A stretch of 62,944 nt of DNA, the filler included, from Hyphochytrium catenoides (Eukaryota > Protista > Hyphochytriomycota), in assembly GCA_900088475.1 (NCBI GenBank). It is 5 parts of 5 records of this genome, joined end to end, with 100 filler letters (N's around TTAATTAATTAA, not from the genome) between each part and the next. Parts side by side here need not be neighbours in the genome. Positions count along the whole stretch, not along the records: positions 1 to 19,039 come from FLMG01004302.1; 4 more parts are not named here. One strand, given 5' to 3'. The translations under genes and the position numbers were made by a program. Positions 1 through 10,018 of the stretch are shown here, piece by piece (position 1 is the stretch's first letter; the number at the start of each line of letters is the position of its first letter). The notes below the pieces were generated by a model. It was not told the origin of the DNA. It made no database searches and was given only the letters and a program-made list of their open reading frames with translations.

Positions 1-2164
1 TAGCGCAACCAAGAGAGCACGACTCTCTCACTGGCACACCAATTGCATAACTTTGATATGACGAAACTCATGTGCAACAGCTGGTGGCTTGCGCCGGACT
101 CCAGCTCCTCAAAGCTCCGAAGAACAGTGAACAGCTATCTTCATCCAGCTCCCAAGGGAGCTCCAACAATGCCCAGGAGCTGACCTTCACGGCCTGGCAC
201 TCTCTGCCATCGCGTCCGGGGAATTTCCCCAAGTCAATCGTCCGACGGCGCCCCAGGTTGCCCCAGCGCGGCGCGGAGACGCTCGATCTCGCAATTCTTG
301 ATTGTGTTCTGAGGCTGTTGCGGCACGGCGGGCGGGCGAGCGACAGCAGAGTTTTGAGATCTTCACATGGTGCACTTTGTCCGCCACCAGTCAATAGATT
401 TCCAACGGTTACAAGGGCGAAAGATACGAAATATTACAAGTGTTAGATATATGCCCATAATATATTTCACTTTGACGGTAGAAGCGTATCTTTCAAAGTA
501 CATCGTTTGACACACCTTTTGACGGTACAACCATCAACGTGTACAGTATATACCTTACGTGCTCCTGAGACAACCATTCGTAGTGTATCATTGGGATGGG
601 TGGTGGTGGGATGGCAGGATGAAGGAGCTGGCGCTTTCCCGAAAGAGGAAGGAGGGAAGGCAGCAAGAAGATCCTCAGTGTCAGTCCGCCAGCAGCAGGT
701 ATCCAAGCATTGGAAGCCAGCAGCTCTTCTGCAGCTTGTTGTTGAGAGAACTGAACGACTGGCTGGCAGCAGCTGGTAACGAGCGGCAAGAAGAGCCAAG
801 CGACACAAGACACAAGTCTATTAGTCTTTCCTTGCCTCGGATGGGAAGAGTCCAGGCAGTGGAGACGGAGAGTCCATAGTTCCTTAGAAGATACAGTAGT
901 AATAAACACGGACTAATCTTAGATCCCATTCCGACAGGTTCTGATGTAAAATGTACAGTAGTAGTAGTTCTTATTTGCACGACGCTTCGTAGGTAGTAGT
1001 TATTCAAAAAAGCCAAGAGAGGATCATGACGGGATCAAAGGCACTTCGAACCTATTTTTTTCTTGCTGCACGACTGAGCTCAACTTCATAAGCAGTAGTA
1101 CTAGCCTATGATGCTTGCTGGACAGAAAAGAAGGGTCTTGAGCAAGCCGATCATCACCAACAATCGGGGGCAAGATCATACGCAAAGACTAGGGCTTCTC
1201 TGTCCGTCTGGACTACTCTACAACGTTTGAAGTCCTTAGTAGTGGCTATGGACGTGCGCATTTTACTTCTATTGGTCTTCGCTTTTATTATCTTGCCGTG
1301 ATTCTTCCTTGTTGACTATGATAAAGTAATGAACGGATTGACAGACAATCATTAACAAGCAGCAGCACATCCTCCCAAGGCTCTTCATGCTTCGATTCTT
1401 GATCTTGCTTAGAGACCTTCCAAGTCGCCTTTTCAAAAGGTTTCCATCGCGGGTACCCTTGCAGTCAATCGAGCCCTTTGGTCGTCAGCGAACCGGCAAG
1501 CAAAGAGAAACCCAGTCGAGGAATCAGGTCCACTGACGCTATGAAGCTTAAGTATCAGACAATCGTGGGCCCTTTAAGCACAAAATAAGTTGAGAGAGTC
1601 AAACAGAGAGGAAGGTGATGGAAGACATCCACATGGAAGGCCCCATCGAACCAAAGTGGAAGAAGAAGTTTATCTATGCAGGACGAAGAACAGCAGACAG
1701 AGTAGGAAGGAGGAGGTAGATAGATATCGGAGTTGAAACGAGAGAGGCAAAGTAGGAAAACGAAGAACAAGGAACCTCATAGCAGGAGAGAGGAGTAGCA
1801 GGAGGGTGATAAAGGAAAAATGAGGGAAGAAGCTGTCCATCATCATCGTCGTCGAGGACCGACGAAGTGAGAAATCGATCTTAACGTCCGTTACAAAGGT
1901 TCAAGATCTGACTGACCCACTCCCAAAGAAAGATTCGTTAAGTGAAATGTTTCACAGAGTTGAGAAGCGAGCTGATGGACTTACTGCCTTGTTATTTGTT
2001 TCTTTCGCGTTAAGCGGAATGTTTCTGTAAGACGTTATTTTTGGAGACAGACGCAACAAGGGACGTGAAGCCAGGCTGACTGCAGGCAACGAGAGAGAGA
2101 GAGGAAGAGACTGAGATGATGAGGGAAGGACAAAGAGAGAGAGCAGGAAAGAGAGAGAGAGAAA

Positions 2165-2222
<58 letters not shown>

Positions 2223-2841
2223 AGAGACTAAGCGGCGTGATTATAACTTATGAGAAAGTCAGAGAAACCTACAAGAGACCTGAGAGAGGCAGTTGCATCC
2301 TCTACTTGGCCCGTGCCCTTGCCCTCCCCCCATAAAGAGGGAGAGACTTATTAGAGATAAATGCAGACAGTGAGAGAGACCATGGAATGAGACAGGAGGT
2401 GGCGACATTAGGTACACGAATAGAAGCGACAAGCATCACTTGACACCTCGAGTGTTGAGAGATGACCAAGATGAAGTTGAAGAGCCCTAGAGGCGAAGAG
2501 GAAATAAGCGGAAGGAAGTGAGCGGGGAGAGGTGCCGAATCTCTTTCGCGTCCTCAAGATTCAGTGTCCACTCCAGAGAGAACGCAGGTGGCAAATCTCT
2601 GCAGATTCGTCTTGAACAGCAAAAGAGACTTCTACTCCTCTAGGAAAGAGTCGGGAACAAGATAGAAGAGATTAGAGAGAGAGTCTTTGAGGTTGGGCTG
2701 TACTTCGAAAGCTACATCTTTCAAGAAGCAAAGCAGCTAGGAGATAAAGCGAATGGGAAGAGCAGCAAAGTTCTACAAGCGAAAGGAGGCTAAGGGCTTT
2801 GTCTAGGACACAAGCTGTCAGAGGGGAACTAAAGCACAGGC

Positions 2842-3621
2842 ATGACACTAGAAAAAGGAGCCGAGAAAGGACTGTCGCACTATGAGCCTAGTCCTCTTCG
2901 GCTTATCCGACTCCGAACCCGAGATAAAGGAGGAGAAGTCTTAGCCTACTGTCTCTGTGATGGTGTCTTCGTCCTTGTCTCTCCCCTGTGCGCCAAACTC
3001 TTCCAGGTGCCGGATCCGCTGATGCTCGTGGGAAGGAGCCTTGAAGATTTTATGAGCCACAATCTTTTCTCCAGAGCTCTAGAAAGTCTGCAGATGGAGA
3101 TGGGTATCAAGTTTGAAGCCCCGGTGACAGGACGCATGCTTTACCTAGAGAACGGAGATATTTATTTGACAACGCGGCTGCAGCGCTGCCTAGAGCATCT
3201 TGCAATAAGAGCTTGGGGCTTCGCACGACAGAAGGGGCAGACAGAAGACGGTGGCTTCACTAGCTTAAGCTTCGCTAGGAGGGAGGATCACGTGATGGAA
3301 GACGGAGACTGTTTGCCCTCTGCCTCTCTCCTAGGTCTATCTTTGGATGAGGAAGGAGAGAATCTGCAGTTCAGGGGCGGAGCGGGCGAGAGCAACGAGT
3401 CTAAAAGCTCAGTATTAACCTGGAGAACGAAAGGGACAGGTACCTTAGGGAAGGAGGATTGTGTGCAAGAGGCAGAGTTCCCTGCGCCTCTCTCTCTCTT
3501 AAAAATGGAAGAGAGGAAGAAAGAGAGAAAGCTAAGCAGGCAAGAGTCGTCGTTATCAGACTATGCGTTCCAGCCCGATTGGGCCTCGCCACAAAGCTTA
3601 AGTCAAGAAAGCCTATTCTAG
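2842..3621 (+). CDS. hypothetical protein, possible degenerate PAS-like segment
   Basis: 259-codon ATG..TAG ORF in non-repetitive sequence. VLVSPLCAKLFQVPDPLMLVGRSLEDFM resembles a PAS-fold N-terminal half (weak). The same frame upstream is broken by 4 TAA/TAG codons. Confidence 0.45.
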   Translation: MTLEKGAEKGLSHYEPSPLRLIRLRTRDKGGEVLAYCLCDGVFVLVSPLCAKLFQVPDPLMLVGRSLEDFMSHNLFSRALESLQMEMGIKFEAPVTGRMLYLENGDIYLTTRLQRCLEHLAIRAWGFARQKGQTEDGGFTSLSFARREDHVMEDGDCLPSASLLGLSLDEEGENLQFRGGAGESNESKSSVLTWRTKGTGTLGKEDCVQEAEFPAPLSLLKMEERKKERKLSRQESSLSDYAFQPDWASPQSLSQESLF

Positions 3622-3829
3622 CGTCAGTCTCTCTCCTACTGCTGTGAATATGGGTTTGCCTTTCATCTTTGCACTGCTACTAGCGAAAGAAGGAGAACAC
3701 GAGAGCAAAAGGGTATCGAAGCGACCTAAAAGAGTACTTTGAACGGTCGTCCAACTATAAGAAGTGGATCTACCATAGGAGGTGGGAAGGAGAGGCAATT
3801 AAGAAGAAGTAGGAGTCGGGTTCTGGTTT

Positions 3830-6019
3830 CTAGATGAGATCAAAGTTGTGCGTCTCCGTTCCTGTCTGATGGTCAGCAGCCTGAGGTCGGGCCTCATACA
3901 CAGCCTCGACTATACCATGACGAAACTGCAGGGAGGGGAGAGAGAACGAGAGCGCCACACAAGAGGGAGAGAGAGAGAAAACGGACAAAAAGTGAGCAAA
4001 AACAACCGTAATAAGGCTGAGAGGGTGAGGAAGTAGCGAGCGGAGGGGAGAAAAGAAGGCGCAGTCCAGTTACCTGGAGTCCGTCTCCTTTAAAGCCAAT
4101 ATAATGAACCTTGGTGCTGTCCGCGCCGTAGTTCTCGGGGATATAAATAGTCACAGAAGTCACATTATGGAACTTGGCTAATCTGATGCGCAAAAGGAGG
4201 ACATATACGGATGTGTTTAGTGGAGTATGGGATGCGACGCGGGCAGAGCATCTTACAGAGACCGTGGCAGAGGATTTGAGGAGCTACAGTTTAAGGATAG
4301 GACATGGCTCCGTTGCAAGCAGCGGAATGAAGAGTATCAGTCACGGAGAGGACGAGCAGGCGGCGTACTTGAGTGGATAGTCTATCTCACTGTTGAAGTC
4401 TTCTGTCAGTTCCAAGGTCTGCGTTGGAACTAGGTCCTCCGCGTGGCTGAATTTGTCCCCAAGCAGAGGAGAAGGAGTGAAGGAATGAAGAATAAGCGGA
4501 CAGGTCGATAAATGAGGGCCTAGCAGCATCTGCTCCCCTCTTTCTCGCTCCCTCGTTTGGTGCCTGTATGATCTCTCCTTACATCGTTTGGTGCCTGTGT
4601 ATGATCTCTCCTTATATCACTCTGACGTCTTACTAAACCGCTACCATCTGTGTTGCCTCTCCCTAGCGACCTTTCTTTGCCTCGGCTTCCGTCTCGCTCT
4701 TCCCTTCATTTTTCCTTTACTCCGTCACACATCAAACTCGCTAAAGCTGTACCTGAAGTCAACATCCTCTCTGTTGACAAAGCTTTAGGGAGAAAGAGCC
4801 ACCAGCCGTTAATTAGGCACGTGGTAGGTAGATGAGAAAGGAGAGAGAGAGAAAGCGAGACTGAATGGGGCAAGCTACGAAACCTGAACCAAGCGAATGC
4901 CTAGAAAGAGTATTCGAGGCGGGGCGACACATAACGACAGGGCAGAATAAGGCTCCAGCCGAGGTGATGGAAGCGGAACGAGGGGAGAGAGAGAGAGAAA
5001 AAGAGAGAGACACCTCAAGAGAACAGGGAGAAGGGAATACCTACAGTTTGGCTACTTTCGGATGCTTTCCTTCCCCTCCGCCAGAGATGCAGATCGATTT
5101 CACTTTTACGGCCTCAGTGAAGCTATACGGACCAAAGAGAAGTCAGCGATCAGGGGATAAGGCGGATGTGACGTATCAGCAGGAGGACTTTAGGGGCAAA
5201 GAGAATCAAAAGTACCCAGGCATAGAGATAGAGAGACAGAGAAGGGAAGAGTAAGATGGAGGATACTGATTGACAAAACGGAGAGAGAACCGATGGTACA
5301 AGGACAATAGCAGGCGTAGAGGCCGCATATAGGGACCATTTCAAAGAAATATAGCAGGCGTAAGCGAGACAGGGAGAGAGAGAGAGAGGGAAGAAGTCAA
5401 GGCAGTGAAGACGGAGAGAGCTTGGCTTACGGTACGTATATTATGAGCTCTGGATCATCATCGTTGCTCTCTAAAAAAGGCTCTTCCTCTCTCTTTTGAT
5501 GATAAGGCTTGAAGCAGTTCTTTCCGCTACCGACCACGCGCTCACTGCAGCGCGAGTTAGAACTTAGCGCGAGAGGCAGTGTATATTGGAGTAACAGAAA
5601 TGAAGGTGAGAGAGAGAGAGAGAAGAGAGAGAGAGAGGAGAGAGAGAGGAGAACGGAGAGAGAAGGACGTCGGAATTATAAGAGAGCTCGTAAGGAAGAG
5701 GCCACACCAAGAGAGAGAGAGAGAGAGAAATGCGCGAGGGACGAGCCAGTATGCAGGAGAGGGACCACTCTGACATAGCATTTGTGGGATAACGAGCAGC
5801 TTTCTCTCTCTCTCCTTACTTGAGCGTCCTGATATGGTCGTGGTTCACATAGCGCCATAGAGACTGGCCCTCGGGATCCTCAGCATCATGACTGCCGACC
5901 AGACAGAGGACCGGGAGAGGTACCACAGATGCAAGATAGAAAGAAAAGGTTAGTGGTCGGGACTAAAAGAGGTGTAGAGGTGCCAAGAGAGAGAGAGTTA
6001 GATAGAAAGAGACAGAGAG

Positions 6020-6085
<66 letters not shown>

Positions 6086-6533
6086 GAGAACACAGAGAGA
6101 GAGAGAGGAGACTAAGAGAGAGAGAGAGAAAGCAGAGAAAGTGACAGCGACCAAGAGATTAAAGGAGGTGCCTGAGCGACTAAAGCGAAGGACGAGAGTC
6201 TAGGAGAATAGCAAGCAACGGCTTGAGAGGAGCGTCCGGTGGCTTAAAGAGCAGAGAGGAGACGATACAGCTAAGGGAAGAAAGGATAGAGAAGGAAGAG
6301 AAAGAGGAGAACTAGGAACGGCAATGGAAGTGAATCGGGAGAGGGTGAGAAAGAGAGAAGAGGGAGGGACAGACAGAGAGAGAGAGAGAGAGAGAGAGGG
6401 ACAGACAGAGAGAGAGAGCGAGAAAGAGAGACAGAGAGAGAGAGAGAGAGCCTCTCAGTGACCTATGGTCATGGCTGTGGTCATGGTCGTGGCCGCCGTG
6501 GTGATGATGATCCTCCCTACATTGCCGCGACAT
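3830..6533 (-). CDS. PITHD1: PITH domain-containing protein 1, 8 exons
   Basis: Phase-consistent GT-AG exons 6533-6463, 5891-5820, 5544-5431, 5122-5045, 4782-4753, 4446-4369, 4182-4074, 3925-3830. Protein: His-rich start (MSRQCREDHHHHGGHDHDHSH), LESNDDDPELIIYVPFTEAVKVKSICI, LFVNREDVDFS, AKFHNVTSVTIYIPENYGADSTKVHYIGFKG, VEAVYEARPQAADH. TAG stop. Confidence 0.95.
4553..4616. repeat. tandem duplication, 2 x ~32 nt, in a PITHD1 intron
   Basis: tcgtttggtgcctgt(gt)atgatctctccttaYa occurs twice head-to-tail. Confidence 0.9.
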
Positions 6534-6736
6534 CGGAGCCTTCACTTTCCTTCAAACGCTATTGTTGCCCAAGCTGCGTGTCTCTGTTGTTGCGCTGTTC
6601 GGCTAATGAACCAGCAGCGGCAGAACATTTCCAAGCGGTGCAAGACTGGAACAGGTTCAATGCGGGAGAGAGAGAGAGGTTGCAAGAAAGAATGTTTCAC
6701 CCCACACCGGTGAGGGAAGCAGCGCCCACGCGCGAG

Positions 6737-6797
<61 letters not shown>

Positions 6798-7101
6798 GAG
6801 AGAGAGAAAGAGAGAAACAAAGAGAGAGCGAGAGAGCGAGAGAGAGAGTTTTTAGAGACTGCTCGTAGGTGCGAGGGGCGCTCACTCCATGGAAGGAGAG
6901 GAAGAGAGCAGGAAAAGAGAGCTACTAACCAACTAGATACAGAAAACAGGTTTTGAGCAGGAATATGATGCAAGACAGAGCAAAAGCAGAGAGAGACAGA
7001 GGAGCCCAAGAGATATCGAAGCGGAGGAGAAATGGGTGATCTTGAAGATCCACTAGGATCATACTTAAAAAATTCTAGATATAAGCTTCATATAATGAAT
7101 A

Positions 7102-8646
7102 TTACTGCTTGGACGTGTGACTCTCCGAAATATCGCGTTCTTGATGATCAGAATCCTCATCCTCTTCTCCCAGATCAACCGTCGTCTCTCTCTTCTTCTC
7201 TCCCTCGTCGTCTTGATAACCTCTCTTCTCCTCTGCTCGGTGCCCATAATCCTCTCTCTCTCTCTTATCCTCAGGCCTCTCTTTCCTCTCTCTCATCTCC
7301 TCTCTCTCTTTAGCTCTCTCTTTCCTCTCCTCTCTCCCTTTCCCGGGCTGGTGTTGCTGCCAAGCGCTATAATACATCTGCCACCAGAGGTACCACTGCC
7401 ACCACAGCCACTCGCTCTGCTGCTGCAGAGAAGGAGAGAGAGAAACAGAGAGAGACACGTTTCCTAGAATCTCTTTCTCATAGTACGAGCGGAAGTAGGG
7501 AAAGAGGTCGTCCATCGCCATATTTTCTTTCTCCTCTCTCTCCTTTTCTTGGTGGCGAAGGCTCTCTTTCTCCAAGAAGGCGTGAGAATAAGGAAAGAGA
7601 TGATCCTCCATTGCCTCTCTCTCTTTCTCTCCTCGGCGAAGCTTCTCTTTGTGCCGTCGCAACTCCTCCCTTGTCGGAGAGAAGGATGAAAGATCCTTGC
7701 CCTGCCACAGAGCTGGAGAAGGAGAGGCGTGACAGCAATGAGAGGTAATAGGATGAGAATAGGCCACGGGAGGTGCGTAGTGAGGGCTGTCTCTCTCTCG
7801 TGTGGGGCTGTACAATGGGAAAGATCTAGGCTCCTGAGGTGACTGGAACAAAGAAGGCGAGAAAGAAGGTTCCGTGGGATCTCTTCTTTCCCCCAGATCA
7901 GCAACCCTTCGCTTTCCCTCCCGGCGACGTATCCTAGTTGGAGTCATGACTGTCTCTCTATGTCTCTCTCTCTCTCTTTCTTTGCTGCCTCTTCTCAAGG
8001 CTGGAGACAAGCTTTGCGCGGTTCTTTGTTCCTCTCGTCGTGCCTCACGCATGTCTTCTCGGCTTGGGAGAAATGACTTTTCTGGTGCAAGAAAGAGAGA
8101 AGAATATCTTTGCTGGGAGCTGTCTCTCTCTCCATCCTCTGAATCGCCTCTCTCTCTCTCTGGAGTGTGAGGTTCACTAAGAAAGCTGCTCAGTTCTGGT
8201 CTGTCGCGATCCCAAGCGAAGTAGTAAGGAATCTCGTAGTCAGGCAATGGCGTTCTCTTCCCGGCATAGCCAAGAGAGCCTCTCTTCCACTCTCTTCTCG
8301 CCTCTCTTCTCCTTGAGGTTGACGTGTCTAGGGGCACTTCCTCTCTGAAAGAGAGAGATGAAGGATGGGCAGGAAGGGGAGAGAGAGGAGGGGAGACAGA
8401 GAGTGTTTCCATGGAGCTATGCAGTCCTTCTCTCTCTTCAAGGGGAGATCCTACGGTGGCAGCTCGCATTTGGGACGCAGGAGAGAGAGATAATCTACTC
8501 TCCAGGTTTCTTCTCCCTCGGATCTCTCCAGCACTCTTTCTCTTTATCCCTTCTAGATTGCTCATCCGCAAGGAAGGATATCCTTGTTGATAAGAGAACG
8601 GGGCCCGCGCGGCCGCCGCCTCCATCTCTGGTGCCCCAGCCACCAT
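7102..8646 (-). CDS. hypothetical low-complexity (S/P/E/R-rich) protein; upstream exons near 9370-9940 possible
   Basis: 514-codon ORF from ATG at 8646. Contains an internal repeat MEDHLFPY..LEKE / MDDLFPY..YEKE and a W/Q/Y motif. No family recognised. Confidence 0.65.
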   Translation of the reverse strand: MVAGAPEMEAAAARAPFSYQQGYPSLRMSNLEGIKRKSAGEIRGRRNLESRLSLSPASQMRAATVGSPLEEREGLHSSMETLSVSPPLSPLPAHPSSLSFREEVPLDTSTSRRREARREWKRGSLGYAGKRTPLPDYEIPYYFAWDRDRPELSSFLSEPHTPERERGDSEDGERDSSQQRYSSLFLAPEKSFLPSREDMREARREEQRTAQSLSPALRRGSKERERERHRETVMTPTRIRRREGKRRVADLGERRDPTEPSFSPSLFQSPQEPRSFPLYSPTRERDSPHYAPPVAYSHPITSHCCHASPSPALWQGKDLSSFSPTREELRRHKEKLRRGEKEREAMEDHLFPYSHAFLEKESLRHQEKEREEKENMAMDDLFPYFRSYYEKEILGNVSLSVSLSPSLQQQSEWLWWQWYLWWQMYYSAWQQHQPGKGREERKERAKEREEMRERKERPEDKREREDYGHRAEEKRGYQDDEGEKKRETTVDLGEEDEDSDHQERDISESHTSKQ

Positions 8647-8686
8647 CCTTCACGTGACGGGGACGATGCACAATAAAGAAGACGAC

Positions 8687-8861
8687 GATGAAGAGAGAAG
8701 AGAGACGGAGAAGATTGAAGAGATAACCAGAGGATGGAGGCGAGATGAGAGAGAAGAGAGACGGAGAAGACTGAAGAGATAACTAGAGGATGGAGGCGAG
8801 ATGAAAGAGAAGAGAGACCGAGAAGACTTAAGAGATAACCAGAGGATGGAGGCGGGATGAA
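8687..8861. repeat. minisatellite, 3 x ~56 nt
   Basis: Unit approximately gatgaagagagaagagagacggagaagaYtgaagagataaccagaggatggaggcga. Confidence 0.9.
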
Positions 8862-9661
8862 ATGCCTTAGGTCCTCTAACAAGGAAGCGCGGCGGCCTGC
8901 ACGGCTGGCCTATAGAAGCAGAAGAGCGAGAGAGGGGGAGAGAGGGAGAGCGAGAGAAAAAAGATACCCTTTGTTAGGCGAGCAGGTCGACGCTAGAAGA
9001 GCTGTAACTGAAGGGGAGAAGGACCTGTCTCATGCCCCAGCTTACTTCCTTCCAGCATTGCCTGTCTCTTCCCCGTCTGCGAATCATCGCTGCAGAGGCT
9101 CCTTCGGTCTAGCTAACCCTCTTCCCAAAACCTTCCTTGTAACTCTCTCCTGGCTCTCATTTCTCTCTCATTCGCCCTTTCTCTCTCTCTCATTCTCTCA
9201 GCATCTCTCATCTCTCTTTCTCTTGTCTCTCCATCGCTCTTTCTCTCTCTCTCTCCCTCTGTCTCTCTCTCTCCCCCTCCCTCTGTTCCCTCCTTTGTCT
9301 CTCACTTCCCTTCCCTTCCCTTGTCTTGGACATGCTGCGGGAATCTGGTTGGGGGTTTCAGATCATACTTGATTCAGGATATCCTGACACGTTATCCTTA
9401 ATCTATCCTGCGAAGGAGTGTAGCATTCAGAACATATGCAGGTTCTTATGGTGGTAAAGACTTAGAGTCATCCCCCTGGAGATGTTGGATAAGAAGCTCA
9501 AGTTGTCTGTTTCTTTTGAGAGCAAGCCTCTGAGGCCCACCAAGACAGAGAGAGGGAGACGGGGTTAGAGAGAGAGAGAGAGAAAGAGAGAAAGAGAGAG
9601 AGAGATACATAGAGACAGAGAGAGATAGAGAGAGATAGAGAGAGAAAGAGAGGGAGAGAGG

Positions 9662-9694
<33 letters not shown>

Positions 9695-10018
9695 AGAGGA
9701 GAGAGAGAGGGAGAGAGAGAGAGAAACAGAAGTGCCAAGCTGAAGAGGTAAGAGGATCCAGGGGTGTCGGTTGACAGGTGCAAAAATCAAGCTATGGCAG
9801 AGACTCTCCCTCCTCTGCTCAATGTCACTAGGTCGCTGCTTAGACAACAGGAAGAGCTCGAGACCTTGCGGGTCGTTGTCCAGGATGGCAGGACAACGTC
9901 CATCGTTGGACGCTCCAGGGAGAGCAATTATGTCTCCCATTGTCCTATCTTCCGCCTGTTCCTCAATTGATCAAGATAAGAAGGTAGGAAGAAAGGTTGG
10001 GGAGAGAGAGACGAGCTC

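Noticed and set aside
2374-2841. TAA/TAG-to-Gln genetic code reassignment
   Set aside because: PITHD1, RPL11 and PiT end in TAG, and RPN1 and POT end in TAA, at their expected C-termini. Long conserved exons contain no internal TAA or TAG.
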